Source: Heteronotia binoei
Lineage: Eukaryota
DNA: 64,000 nt
Direction of reading: 5' to 3'
NCBI RefSeq assembly: GCF_032191835.1
Contig: NC_083237.1
Coordinates: 16,802,001 to 16,866,000 of the forward strand
The notes under the pieces were generated by a model, which was not told the origin of the DNA, made no database searches, and was given only the letters and a program-made list of their open reading frames with translations. The position numbers and the translations under genes were made by a program. Below are positions 1-12,709 of the stretch, one piece after another. Within the stretch, counting starts at the first letter, position 1. Each line of letters begins with the position of its first letter.

Positions 1-257
1 TGAGCTCACCTGAGTCCCTGAAGCGTTCTTGGCTTCTCTCTGGTTCTCCACACTGCCATCAGGTGGTCATTTAAAGAACCTCCTGCAAAGAGGGCTGGCA
101 TTCTGTCCGCATTGCTGTTTACAGGCTCCACCTAGTGGCTTCATTTCCCCACTTGATCCCATTCAGTAACAACAGAGAGATGGCTTGCAAAATTTGTGCA
201 ATCCGTGGATCTAGCAATCTATTGACCAACTTCCTTCCTTCCCCTGGAGTACTTGAG

Positions 258-555
258 CAGGGGTGGCCAAACTTGCTTAACGTAAGAGCCACATAGAATA
301 AAAATCAGATGTCTGAGAGATGCAAGACATGAATGTCGGGTGGAAGAAAGGAAAATAGATGGGAGGGAGATATTGAAAGAAAGCAACTTCAAATGCATTT
401 GTCCCAAGCTGCTAGCTGGCTTGGCTTGGCTAAGTGATTTAAAGAGACAAATGTCTTCTCCAAATCCACTGACGGGGCAGTGGGGGCTTCAAGAGCCACA
501 CAATATGTGTGAAAGAGCCACAGGTGACTCCCAAGCCACAGTTTGGCCACCCCCG
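258..555. mobile_element. hAT MITE (TIR CAGGGGTGGCCAAACT)
   Basis: TIRs at both ends and imperfect 8-bp TSD tacttgag/cccttgag. Confidence 0.8.
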
Positions 556-1425
556 CCCTTGAGTGACTGGTTGAGGCTTAATGTGGTTATGGAGAACAAA
601 CTTCCAACCATTCCAAGTAGCAACAAATGTGTTAAGAAGAAGATGGCTGCATTTGTACTGTGCACAGCGACCGGTTGAGCAAGGTGATAAAGGCGTTTAC
701 GCTTGCTCCTCCATCCCTCCACCGCACTTGCCCTGGTTGTTTTTCTAGGATAGCCTGCTTATGCTTAAAGTTGCAATGTTCTGTCAGTCATCAGTTACCT
801 TGAGTTTCTGTCAGGGCTGCCACCCCCCCCCCCCCGGTTAGTTCCACAGGATAACAGCCAGCAAGATGGAGTCGGCCAAACTGGACCTCCAAAATGGATC
901 TCATTCCCCTTCTGTCCAGGGAATTTCTATCCTATTTTTGCCTCACCCTTGGCACCCTTGGCTCAGTCCTTGTTTTCCTGTTATTTCCAAGAAGAGAGAG
1001 AATCTAGCATTTGGCCTCCCTATGTCTCCATCCCCTCATAGGTGTCTCATTTTTACTATGACCCTTTATTGTTCTCTGCTGGCTAGATGCATTTGCATAA
1101 CCAGAACTTTAGTAGTTATGGACACCTGTCCTCTCTCTTCACTGTGGGAGGAGAGTCAGTCTCTCCCATCTCTGTTGGGAGCCTTGATGCAATAACCCAG
1201 GTCCACTGAGGAGATATGTACAGTTGCTTTTATTTAGTAGCTTTAGCTATCATATATATTTCTCATTGGGACTCAAGGGAAATTACAGATTTTTTTAAAA
1301 AAAAATAGTACAGCAAAGACTGGTATTTTACATAAAACAATGCAATAAACCTGGATTGCACCACTAGAGAACGATAGATTCTTAAAAGTGCAATACATTC
1401 AGTAAACTGAAGTATGACATGGGAA

Positions 1426-1863
1426 GGAGGGTGGAATTCTAGCAGGAGCTCCTTTGCATATTAGGCCACAAACCCCTGCTGTAGCCAATCCTGCAAGAGC
1501 TTACAAAAAAGAAGACTGCAGATTTATACCCCTCCCTTCTTTCTGAATCAAGAGACTCAGAGCGGTTTACAATCTCCTAATTTTCTCTCCCCACAACAGA
1601 CACCCTGTGAGGTGGGTGGGACTGAGAGGGGTCTCACAGCAACTGCCCTTTCAAGGACAACCTCTGCGAGAGCTATGGCTAATCCAAGGCCATTACAGCA
1701 GCTGCAAGTGGAGGAGTGGGGAATCAAACCCAGTCCTCCCAGATAAGAGCCTGCACGTTTCGCCACTACACCAAACTGGCTCCTGTAAGCTCTCGGAGGA
1801 TTGGCGACATCAGGGGTGTGTGGCCTAATATGCAAAGGAGCTCCTGCTAGAATTCCACCCCTG
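1426..1863. mobile_element. Palindromic hAT-type MITE interrupted by a Squam3 SINE
   Basis: Inverted arms GGGTGGAATTCTAGCAGGAGCTCCTTTGCATATTAGGCCACA. Confidence 0.75.
1509..1783 (-). mobile_element. Squam3-type (MIR/CORE-derived) SINE
   Basis: tRNA-like head GAGCCAGTTTGGTGTAGTGG and tail ...TATAAATCTGCAGTCTTC. Confidence 0.8.
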
Positions 1864-2362
1864 GAGGGGGGGGGAAGATAACTTTCTTCAAAAAATTCAA
1901 ATCAATGACACATTATCCTCTTCCCATATGGATTTTGTCCATGTGGGTCTCCTGAGCCCCAGTTTAGTCTTTAGGAGGAGCTGTCTGGATCCTACCTGCA
2001 CTCTATACAGTGTCAGGAAGACAGCATCGGGAATGTATCAAACAAAATGGGATTTGTCAGGCTAACAGGGGGAAAGAAGGCGGCATGGTATTGACAGCTC
2101 TCATCTGAACTAAGAAGCTAAGAAGGTCAATACTTGAATGGGAGTTCCCCAGGGAAGACCCTGCAGAGGAAGGACATGACAACCCCCCTCGGCTTCTTAC
2201 TTGCCTTGAAAGCCCCTCGCTGTGGTCGCCATAACTCAGACGCAACTCGATGGCACTTCACACACACAGGATAACGCATGGATCCAGGTGGGCAGCCACA
2301 TTGGTTTGAAGCAATAGAACAAAGTAGAAGTCAAGTAGCGCCTTTAAGACCAACCAAGTTTT

Positions 2363-2416
2363 ATTCAGAATGTAAGCTTTCGTGCTCTAAAAGCACACTT
2401 CATCAGACAACGAAAT
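2363..2416 (-). ncRNA. Minimal hammerhead motif (copy A; 2-nt loss in stem II)
   Basis: Minus strand ...TGT CTGATGA A GTGTGC TTTTAGA GCAC GAAA GC TT ACA. Stem I is TGT/ACA, a compensatory variant of CGT/ACG. Confidence 0.55.
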
Positions 2417-2617
2417 GCGGTACAGTAAGCAGTGCTACATATGGTTTGCGGGGAGTGGTTAACAGCATATGCAAAATAGTATAAAGTTTGAATCCAATGG
2501 CAAGATAGTGAAGTTAACAAACTGAAAGAATAACCGATCCAAGCGGGCAGCTGTGTTGGTCTGAAGTACTAGAACAAAATAGGAGTCAAGTTGCACCTTT
2601 AAGACCAACTTAGTTTT

Positions 2618-2672
2618 ATTCAGAACGCAAGCTTTCGTGTGCTCTCCAAGCACACTTCATCAGACGAGGAAT
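2618..2672 (-). ncRNA. Minimal hammerhead ribozyme motif (Penelope-like terminus, copy B)
   Basis: Minus strand ATTCCTCGT CTGATGA A GTGTGC(TTGGAGA)GCACAC GAAA GC TT GCG TTCT GAAT. Confidence 0.72.
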
Positions 2673-3696
2673 CCGGCACAGTGGGCAGAGCCACACATAG
2701 CTGGTAGGCAGTGGCTCAGAATGCTAAATGGTACAAATTTAAGTTCCAATGACAGAACAGTAAAATTAACAAATTGAGCAAACCTTTGATCTGAGTAGCA
2801 TGAGCATGCGAAAGCAATAAAACAGTAATATGTCAACATGTGAGAACGTCTGTTCCTGGGCCAAAATGAGGGCATTCCTCTCGCAGATGTTTTCCCATCC
2901 AACTAATTAACCTCTTAACATGTAACATACATATAGTTTGCCATTAGGAGAAAAATACACTAAAATATAGTGGGAGATGGGTTCAGTATATGTAACGGGG
3001 AAAACAACCAATATCCCTATTTGAGTATGTCAATAGAGCTTAAAGGGAAATACATTGAATAGTGGTGTTCTTGTCCATCTAGAAAGAATAACAGTTTGGT
3101 TTGGATGGTCAGGTAGCCGGCATGAGGTTGACTCAGCCTTCCATCCTTCTGAGGTCGGTAAAATGAGTCCCCAGCTTGCTGGGGGGGGAGTGTAGATGAC
3201 TGGGGAAGGCAATGGCAAACCACCCCGTAAAAAGTCTGCTGTGAAAACGTGAAAGCAACATCACCCCAGAGTCAGAAAAAGACTGGTGCTTGCACAGGGG
3301 ACCTTTCCTTTGCTTTCCTGGATAGCATAAGTGGTGTGGGCAAACAGCAAAAGGCAATAAACTTGTCAGAATTGGAGAACGATGGTGAGAAGGGCAGTAA
3401 ATGTTAATTACTCTGTTTCTCCTCAAGCATAGGTTAAACTGAGAACATCTTTTTCTCAGAAGTGTTTCTGTCCACCCAATATACTTTTTAGCACGTAGCA
3501 TGGCGTTATAACTATCGTTCCAGTCTGCCAGCACAAAAAAACACATTTGCTGACAAGAAGGTAATTGTGGGCATGAGCAAGGCAGGACTTGTAGGCATGG
3601 AATGCACTTTTATAGTTTGGATTCCATGGATCTGGTCCGTTGCCATTCGTGGAAGGCATCAGGGAAAACACTGCTATTGGTGGAATGGATCTACAG

Positions 3697-3972
3697 ACTA
3701 TTTTGGTGTAGTGGTTAAGTGTGCAGACTCTTATCTGGGAGAACCAGCTTTGATTCCCCACTCCTCCACTTGCAGCTGCAGGAATGGGCTTGGGTCAGCC
3801 ATAGCTCTTGCAGGAGTTGCTTTGAAAGGGCAGCTTCTGGGAGAGCTCAGTCCCACCCACCTCACAGGGTGTCTGTTGTGGAGGGAGAAGATTTTAGAGA
3901 TTGTAAGCCGCTCTGAGTCTCTGGTTCAGAAAGAAGGACGGGGTATAAATCTGCAGTCTTCTTCTTCTTCAT
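3697..3972 (+). mobile_element. Squam3-type SINE (only plus-strand copy)
   Basis: Full head to (CTT)n tail. Confidence 0.8.
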
Positions 3973-4370
3973 AATCCTCGATAAATATAGTTAAATATTA
4001 ATGCAAAGTTTAAAGGAAAAGTCTGGAAGGTTAAGGAGAGGGAAAGAGGAGTTGGTCAGGCCATCCAATAGGGAGAGAACTGTGAAATGGTGTTTTTGCA
4101 TTGTATGCAAAAAAGGTAGGTGGCGGATGAATTCAGTACCATTCCCTTGTGATGAAATGGGTCAAGGAAATAGTGACGGAAATAGTGCATTATGTCTTCT
4201 CACACAAATCTCAGAACTAGATCAGGCTCAGAGATCACACTGTCCAGAAGTCCACCTAATGAACTTCAGTGACTGAATTTATCATGTCCAAGTACTATAT
4301 CGAAGGTCCATTGGCTTATGACTTTATGGCGGGCAGCTGGAAGACCATGATGAAATTCAGGATGAGTTCC

Positions 4371-5330
4371 TCAAGACATCAGCGTAGACTGCTTCTCTTT
4401 CAGTCCCCATCTTTGCACCATTCTAGACATAGCCCTATGGATGTCCTTGTTGCGTAGGGTATAAATGATCGGATTGAGCAAGGGGGTGACCACCATGTAA
4501 AAGACAGCTAGTTCTTTGTCATGACCGGGAGCTCTGTCTGACCCTGGTGTCAGATACACAATGATAAGGATGCCGTAGAACAAGGTGACCACTATCAAGT
4601 GGGAGGCACATGTGGAGAAGGCCTTGCGCCGTCCGGCAGCTGACCGCATTCGTATCACAGAAGACAGTATGAGAATGTAGGAGGTCAGGATGATAGAAAA
4701 CGGGAGGACAACAATCAACGCAGCCAATATAATAACGGTGCGCTCCGTCACGCGTATGTCAGTGCACGCCAATTTCAACACAATGGGCATGTCACAGAAG
4801 AAGTGATTGATGCGGTTGGGGCCACAATAGGGGAGGCGAAGGATGAAGCTCACATTTACTGAAGTAAGAAGGAAGCCATTCGCCCAAGAGGCTGAGGCTA
4901 GCTGAACCTGTCGCCTCCTGCTCATAGTGATGACATATAGCAGAGGATGGCAGATGGCCAAGTAGCGGTCGTAAGCCATGGCGCCCAGCAGGAAACACTC
5001 TACGCTACCCAGGCAAACAGTAATGTACATCTGGGACATGCAACGGATAAAGGAGATGGCTCCATTTCCAGACAGGAGGTGAGCCAGCATCTGGGGCATG
5101 CTGGACGTGACAAAACAGATCTCTAGGACCGAAAGATTGGAGAGGAAGAAGTACATGGGGGTGTGGAGGGAGGAGTCACCTCGTACCAACACAATAATCA
5201 CCAGGTTCCCCATAACAGTAAGTGAGTAAGTGAGGAGAATGATCAGAAAAAGACAAATCCGTGTCTTTTGGGAGTTAGCGAGTCCCACCAAGATGAATTC
5301 TGTGACGGAAGTGTGGTTCTCATTCTCCAT
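4371..5330 (-). CDS. Olfactory receptor OR1 (class II, family 2/13-like), intact 319 aa
   Basis: Single-exon ORF with N-glycan site NHT and the motifs LHTPMYFFL, MAYDRYLAICHPL, HFFCD, KAFSTCASHL, PLLNPIIYTLRNKD. Acceptor ...tttctgcacAG lies 13 nt before the ATG. Confidence 0.97.
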   Translation of the reverse strand: MENENHTSVTEFILVGLANSQKTRICLFLIILLTYSLTVMGNLVIIVLVRGDSSLHTPMYFFLSNLSVLEICFVTSSMPQMLAHLLSGNGAISFIRCMSQMYITVCLGSVECFLLGAMAYDRYLAICHPLLYVITMSRRRQVQLASASWANGFLLTSVNVSFILRLPYCGPNRINHFFCDMPIVLKLACTDIRVTERTVIILAALIVVLPFSIILTSYILILSSVIRMRSAAGRRKAFSTCASHLIVVTLFYGILIIVYLTPGSDRAPGHDKELAVFYMVVTPLLNPIIYTLRNKDIHRAMSRMVQRWGLKEKQSTLMS

Positions 5331-5679
5331 CCAGGGTTCTTGTCTGTGCAGAAATGGGAAGAGTCAGTAACAATCTTTGTAAATGGGGCAATCATAAAAT
5401 AACTCAGGTTTGCTCTCAGCCACATGGAAGTGAACCCAAACCCTCACATCAAACTCAGCTTCTTAATCTTTTAATACCTGACAAAGAGACTCTTGAATGC
5501 TCAAAACCCCAAAACCTTGGTACTCTCTAAGGTGCCACTAGACCTCATTCTAACTCTTCTTAATTTCTGTCCACCTTTCCTTTCCAGTGTTCCCTTTTTT
5601 AAATATGCCTCTCAAATGTTGATAACTACAAGATGGCTGTTTAACTAGAGCAACAAACTAAAATGGCTTCCCTTCTGGA

Positions 5680-7053
5680 ATCATCTGGACATCTGGATGA
5701 TCTCCGGCGACATCTGGATCGAGGCGGCTCGGCGGTATTGCTGTTGTTAGACCTATCGGCTGCGTTCGATATGGTCGATCATCAGCTGCTGACCCGCCGT
5801 CTCGCCGACGCAGGAATTCGGGGGTTGGCCTTACAGTGGCTTTCCTCCTTCCTTGAAGGTCGGGGACAAAGGGTGGCGGTTGGAGGAGAGATGTCCCGGA
5901 GACACCTACTTAATTGTGGGGTCCCGCAGGGGGCAGTTCCCCAATGCTGTTTAATATCTTTATGCGCCCCCTTGCCCAGATTGCCTGGAGACACAGGCTG
6001 GGTTGCCATCAGTACGCTGATGACACCCAGCTCTATCTACTGATGGGCGGCTGGGCCACCGACACCCCTATAAATCTGGATCGGGCGTTGCAAGCCGTGG
6101 CAGACTGGATCAGGCTGAGTGGGCTGAAGCTGAATCCAGCGAAGACAGAGGTCCTTTGCGTGGAACGCTGCGGACTGGGAGGGGAGATCTCCCTACCGAC
6201 TTTTGACGGTGTCTCACTAATACCAGTGCGCAAGGTCAAAAGCCTGGGAGTGCTACTGGAGCCCTCCCTGACAATGGAGGCACAGATAGCTGCCACTGCG
6301 AAATCCACCTTCTTCCATCTTAGAAGGGCGAGACAGTTGGCCCCCTTCCTGGAATGTAGCAACCTAGCAACAGTGATCCATGCAACGGTCACCTCGAGAC
6401 TAGACTACTGTAATGCCCTCTACATGGGGCTGCCCTTGTGCCGAACTCGGAAGTTGCAGCTAGTGCAGAATGCTGCGGCCAGGCTGCTACTGGGACTACC
6501 TCGGTGGGAACATGTGCGGCCTGGGCTGAAGGAACTGCACTGGCTTCCAATTATATTCCGAGTTCGCTATAAGGTGCTGGTTATCACCTTTAAAGCCCTA
6601 TATGGCCGAGGCCCTGCCTACCTTAGGGACCGCCTCTCCCCACACGTTCCCCAGAGAGCACTAAGATCTAGTTCTCAAAGCCTTCTAAGGATCCCTGGAC
6701 CAAAAGAGGCCAAACTAAGAGTAACAAGAGAGCAAGCCTTTTCTGTAATGGCCCCCCACTGGTGGAACCAATTGCCGGAGGAAGTGCGAGCCCTGCGGGA
6801 CATTAATCAATTCCGCAGGGCTTGCAAAACCACTCTCTTTCTGCAAGCATATGAGGAACCCTGAAAGCGATATCTCACCATCGAAATACGTCAACTGAAT
6901 ATAGCACCTTAACTTAATTTTAGCTGTAATTTAATGTAACTGTTTTAACTGTATGTATTAATTGTATTTTAAAATTGTTTTATAAATCATGGTATACCAT
7001 GTCATGTTAGCCGCCCTGAGCCTGCTCCGGCGGGAAGGGCGGGATATAAATAA

Positions 7054-7128
<75 letters not shown>

Positions 7129-7137
7129 CATTATCAT
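5680..7137 (+). mobile_element. 5'-truncated L2-clade LINE (RT to 3' end) with (TTA)n tail, in OR1 intron, antisense
   Basis: LLDLSAAFD, GVPQG, YADDTQLY, RLDYCNAL. A probable 4-nt deletion near 5938 shifts the frame. 3' end gttagccgccctgagcc...aataaa is followed by (TTA)n at 7039-7130. Confidence 0.9.
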
Positions 7138-9231
7138 CTTTCATTTGATTCCTGCATTTTAAATGTTGCTTATTAAATGGGCAACCCTTTTGCTACCTTA
7201 TCAGAAAGTATTTGCTTTAGGAAGATGTCCTGATCTGTAAATCCAGTCCATTAACTCATGAGCAAAATCAGACAAAATCTAGCATTTTGTACTTTAAAAA
7301 AAACAAACATCTTTTTTATCAGTCAATAACCTCCACATTAATTTGGTTGTCAGATCCAAAAAAGAAGAGTCTTTCCTTCCAGCCAGAATCAAATTAAAAT
7401 GCTCAAACTGAGCTCTCCTTCTCCAAGACTGCTACCTCTTCTGAAGCAGGTGGTGGCATTTGCCAGCCCCCCCACCTCCTCGAAAGAAACACAAGGCTGG
7501 GGAAAACCAATTGTGGCTCAGTGCGGGAGTGCTGGCCAATGAGATGTTGGCTCGCCAGCCAGATCTGGCATCAGCCACTCCTTCAGCATCAATTTGGTAC
7601 AGCACAAGCTCCCCACCCATCCTCTTTTTAGACCATGTGGGATCAGCTAATCACCGGTTTAGGGGCTGAGCAGGAATTTTTTTGGCCTCACTCAGATTGG
7701 CTGGGAGGGAGGCCTTTTTCCTCCTGCTCCGCATGGTCAGAAGGGGTGAGGGATAAATAGGCCTGGCAAAGCTGGATAGGCCCTAACTGGGAAGGCGGGA
7801 AAAGTACGGGTTGAAGGGATTTTGAGTTGGCAAGCACCCCGAGATATCAGCAATAGGGGGGTTCTCAAACTTGGTACCTATGGGCTTTGCAGTCAGGGTG
7901 TCTCAGTTGGGGGCCTCTTCAGGGTTGTGAGAGCATATTACAAGACTTAAGGCTTGGCAGTCATGGGCCGGAATGTGCCCTCCCTCCCCTCTACACACTC
8001 TTGTGCGGACTGTTATGGGTAAGGTCTGGAGGGATCCCAGACCTGGCTCTGAGCCGGGGTGGGTTTGCCCTGTTAGGACGCTTGCTCTGCAAGCCCAATA
8101 CAACCTGTGCTTTAATGTGTTGCAGATCAGCTTATGGTTAAATAAAATTCCCAGTTTAACCCATAATGTGTGCTGTGTCTCATTTGAGGGGTGGGCAGGC
8201 AAAGCCCATAATGCAACACTAGGGGATTCCTCCAGCTCTCTATATTGGCCATATTTGACCATATTTTGAATACTGAAGAAGCAGTTCTGCCTTCTGCCAA
8301 GAAAGCTGCAGAAATCCCAGAGGCAGTAACAGCAACTGTGAGCATCCCTTGGTACTAAACTAGAGCAACGAACTAAAATGCAGCTCATTTAAGTCCTTCA
8401 CTTACATTTTCACAGTAACCTCCAAGGCAACCCTGTGAGGAAGGCCAGTATTATCTTGTTCCACAGTGTGGATTGTGTGATTTACTTTTAATCCCTTCCT
8501 CCCCCCACCCCCCCAGAGTAGCCATGCTGGTCTGCTGTAGGATTAGACGACATGATTTTCACGCTGTAAACTAAACAAGATTTTTATGTTGTAAGCTTAC
8601 AGGAGTCACAAAAGAAGATGATGATGATATTGGATTTATATCCCACGCTATACTCTGAGTCTCAGAGCGGTCACAATCTCCTTTACCTTCCTCCCCCACA
8701 ACAGACACTCTGTGAGGTAGGTGGGGCTGAGAGAGCTCTGACAGCAGCTGCCCTTTCAAGGACAACTCTCATGAGACCCAAGGAATCTTACAAACGTTCG
8801 ATCCCACGGTTGTCACCAAAGGGGAAAACGAGAGGCTTATGTTGTTCTCTTCCAACAGGGCTTTTTTTTGGTAGAAAAGACCCAGCAGGAACTCATTTGA
8901 ATATTAGGCCACACACCCTGACACCAAGTCAGCCAGAACTGTGTTCCTGTGTGTTCCTGCTTTAAAATAAAAAAAAGCCTTGTCTTCCTCCACTTTGTAT
9001 TCACAATAATTCTGAATAGTTAGCTCTGGCTGAGAGAGTGTGATTGACCCAACATCATCTGGCAACCTTCCATGGTAGAGTGGGGGTTCTAACCGGAGTC
9101 TCTTTGACCTTAGTTTGCCATTCTAACCACTACACCACACAAGCTGTGACAACTTTGAACCTGGAAACTATTAAACCCCCATTGTTTTTTCAGAGGGGAT
9201 ATTTTCCACCCTCCATATATGAGTAACTTCC

Positions 9232-9527
9232 AGTGCACGACTGAGGGGTGACATGATAGAGGTTTACAAGATAATGCATGGGATGGAGAAAGCAGAGAAA
9301 GAAGTACTTTTCTCCCTTTCTCACAATACAAGAACTCGTGGGCATTCGATGAAATTGCTGAGCAGACAGGTTAAAACGGATAAAAGGAAGTCCTTCTTCA
9401 CCCAAAGGGTGATTAACATGTGGAATTCACTGCCACAGGAGGTGGTGGCGGCCACTAGCATGGCCACCTTCAAGAGGGGGTTAGATAAAAATATGGAGCA
9501 GAGGTCCATCAGTGGCTATTAGCCACA

Positions 9528-9569
<42 letters not shown>

Positions 9570-9647
9570 TTGGCTGCTGTGTGACACAGAATGTTGGACT
9601 GGATGGGCCATTGGCCTGATCTAACATGACTTCTCTTATGTTCTTAT
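9232..9647 (+). mobile_element. CR1 3' fragment with internal (TG)n(TA)n
   Basis: Near-identical to 30805-31198. Confidence 0.9.
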
Positions 9648-9886
9648 GCTAGCTTGTGAGTAAACCTTCGTTTTCATTGCGAACAGGTTTTCATTGCGAA
9701 GAGGTTTGCTTCTGAGACAATCCATGCCGGGATGATAGGATCACCTTCACATTTGTCACTGCAAATGCCACCATTATTCTGAAGTGGGGAGCCTACTTTT
9801 AACTCCCACCCTTTGTTTCCCAATGAGTAAGAACATAAGAGAAGCCATGTTGGATCAGGCCAATGGACCATTTGGTCCAACACTCT

Positions 9887-11400
9887 GGTCGTTTTCGCAC
9901 TTAGCGTTTGCTCACCTTATTCCGCGGTGCAATTATGTCCGGATCATTTTTCTCGTTTTCGCACATTGCCTCTTTAGCGGAGTCGCTTTCCATGAAGCCC
10001 CGGCTCAAATCGTTTTCGCACTAGCATCGACTTGAGTTCGATGCCCTGTCAATCATTTTTTTTTTAAGCGCAAGTCTGGTTGCATAACAACGTAACAACG
10101 TAACAAGAGCGTCACGTGTGCCACTTCTGCTTATGGATTGGCTGCAGCTGTAGCATCCTCCACAGCCCTTTATGTGTTAACAGAAGCATTCACAGTGGAG
10201 AATCTGGATGTCAACTTCCCGCCACTGATGGTGATTGGCGGGTGCTCAGCGCGCTCCGCGGAGTCGTCTGGGTGTCCCCAGTCGCCTCCGCTGGCTGCGT
10301 GGACTAACACTATTTCGTTATAACGAAATGGTTGCGCCATAATGAAATGGTTATGGCGACACACTACACGTTGTTCAAACTGGAGAAAGCTTTTACATTT
10401 AAGCCTCCCAGCACTAGTGTGTGTGTGTGTGGCAGGTTCTTCCCTTCCCAGCCTCGCTCCCTCCCGGGTGGCGAAGCTGGGATTTCCTCCGCGCTCTGCC
10501 CTTTCCCCGGCTGGCGCTTGCAGCTGCAACAGCGACCTAACGAACTAACGAAATGGTTGCGCCACAATGAAATGGTTGCGTTATAACGAAATGGTTATGG
10601 CGACACACTACACGTTGTTCAAACTGGAGAAAGCTTTTACATTTAAGCCTCCCAGCACTAGTGTGTGTGTGTTTGGCAGGTTCTTCCCTTCCCAGCCTCG
10701 CTCCCTCCCGGGTGGCGAAGCTGGGATTTCCTCCGCGCTTTGCAGCTGCAACGGCGACCTAACGAACTAACGAAATGGTTGCGCCATAATGAAATGGTTG
10801 CGTTATAACGAAATGGTTATGGCGATACACTACACGTTGTTCAAACTGGAGAAAGCTTTTACATTTAAGCCTCCCAGCACTAGTGTGTGTGGCAGGTTCT
10901 TCCCTTCCCAGCCTCGCTCCCTCCCGGGTGGCGAAGCTGGGATTTCCTCCGCGCTCTTCCCCCTCCCCGGCTGGCGCTTGCAGCTGCAATGGGGACCTAA
11001 CGAACTAACGAAATAACACAACAGCGGAAAAGCAATAATATCGCTATTACGCAAGAAATATGAAGTTAAAAAAAAAATGGCCGTGCGGGCACTTTTGGGA
11101 AGCGCCGCGAAGGGCTGATGATTGGCCAAGGGGGTGGATGGGGTGGGAGGACGGAAAGGGAGAGGGTGACGCCCACAAAGCAGTCAATCCGGCGTGGATG
11201 GATTTCCCACAGCAAACTCCGCGGAGTGGATCCGGAGGTTTTCAAAAACTCCGGAAGCAGGTGGATCAAGATACTCCGGCGTGAAACCCCTGCAGCACCG
11301 GAGCAAACCACAGTGCTGGAGCAACAGGTGCGAAAACCAGGAAAAGATCCGGAGGTAAATGGGGTGCTACGCCGGAGTAAACGCTAGTGCGAAAACGGCC
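9887..11400. mobile_element. Harbinger-type non-autonomous element (1514 bp) with three internal ~220-260 bp repeats
   Basis: TIR GG(T/C)CGTTTTCGCACT(T)AGCGTTT and 3-bp TSD TCT. Internal repeats span 10316-11013. Confidence 0.8.
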
Positions 11401-11481
11401 TCTGTGTCACACAGTGGCAAAAAACAAAAAAACAACAACAATCAGGAAGTCCATCAGTGGGGCCAGGACACTAGATGCCAC

Positions 11482-11673
11482 CAATGTTCCCTCTAAGCTG
11501 CAGAGTTTTGTGAGCAAAAATTCTACTTTGTAAGCTGCTGGTATTAAAGTTGTGAGCTCCTGCATCAATGAGTGTGCTCTGGGGCCATTTTTCCTGAGCT
11601 AAGACAAAAATGTGTGAACTGGAGGCTAAAAATCTGCGAGCTAGCTCACGCTAATTCAGCTTAGGGAACACCG
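11482..11673. mobile_element. hAT MITE (TIR CAATGTTCCCTCTAAGCTG)
   Basis: A second copy lies at 62266-62460 in the opposite orientation. Confidence 0.75.
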
Positions 11674-11919
11674 AAGCCCTCCCGTTGTGCCCCCCGCCAA
11701 GCACCAAGAATACAGAGCATCACTGCCCCAGACAGAGAGTTGCAACAATACGCTGTGGCTAAGAGCCACTGATGGGCCTCTGTTATGCCTGCCACAGATG
11801 TTCTTGTTCAGCATTGCATCTCCTATTACTCTCCTGAAGCTCCTGGCCAATTTTGAGGCTCTAGCTTTATTTTTGGATGAGTGACGCCTGTTCGAGACAA
11901 CCTGAGCTCCCATTGCGAA

Positions 11920-12235
11920 TAGTAACCGAGGGGGGCCATGATTGTTCTCTTGAAGTCTTTGAAGGGCTGCCCCTTAGAGGAGGGCAGGGAGCTGTTCCTG
12001 GTGGCAGCAGAGGAGAGGACTCTCAAGAATGGGTTTGAAGTAAAGGTGGAAAGGTTCCAGCTGGATTTTAGGAAAACCTGTTTTACAGTAAGACTTCTTC
12101 AACAGTGGAATCAGGTATTGAGGGAGGCGGTGAGCTGGACAAACACTTCTCAGGGATGCTCTCGGCTGATCCTGCACTGAGCAGGGGGTTGGACTAGATG
12201 ACCTCTATGGATCCTTCCAACTCTGTGATTCTGTA
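11920..12235 (+). mobile_element. Older CR1 3' fragment
   Basis: LKGCPLEEGRELF... and end ggactagatgacc...ccttccaactctgtgattctgt. Confidence 0.8.
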
Positions 12236-12709
12236 TTATTCTATATAGTGCCAGGGGGCTTCCGCACATAACCTGGGCTAGGATTTATCAGTTTCCTCCC
12301 TGGCAGTGCCGTCATCAACCTTAGCTTGGTGGCCATTTTTCAGATGCCTAGCTTTCTCGTCTGATGAGCTGTGCCTTCCAGAAATGACAACGACTTCCAG
12401 CACAAAAGTAGGGGGTGGGGATTAGGCAGCAATTATGTTTTGATTCCCTTTCACATTTGGCACTGCAGCTCCCATTATCGTCTTGAAGCCAGCGGGCAGT
12501 TTTCAGACTCCTAACTTTATTTTTTTTTTAATTTATTGACTTCAATACAACAACATAACGAGTTAGCATCAGTAGTAAGCAATAAAAATGGCCATAAATT
12601 ACAAAAAGGTATATAAAATAATCTAAAATATATCTCAAAATATTGCAAAATCAACTCTAATTATCAGCACAAAAGCATCATTTATGGTAAACTATTGGAG
12701 TTAATAACC

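Larger units (their letters stand above)
2281..2800 (-). mobile_element. Two tandem Penelope-like terminal repeats (255-bp spacing)
   Basis: Repeat start GATCCAGGTGGGCAGCC at 2281 and GATCCAAGCGGGCAGCT at 2536. Each carries CACCTTTAAGACCAAC...TTTTATTCAGAA and a hammerhead motif. Confidence 0.75.
9829..11760 (-). mobile_element. CR1 3' UTR split by two DNA-transposon insertions
   Basis: Pieces at 9829-9886, 11401-11481 and 11674-11760 join into the reverse complement of the CR1 tail seen at 24190-24430. Confidence 0.75.

Noticed and set aside
10332-11016. Three repeated ORFs (MKWLRYNEMV...) as a gene family
   Set aside because: They arise from internal tandem repeats of a TIR/TSD-bounded non-autonomous element, with inconsistent ends and no recognisable domain.
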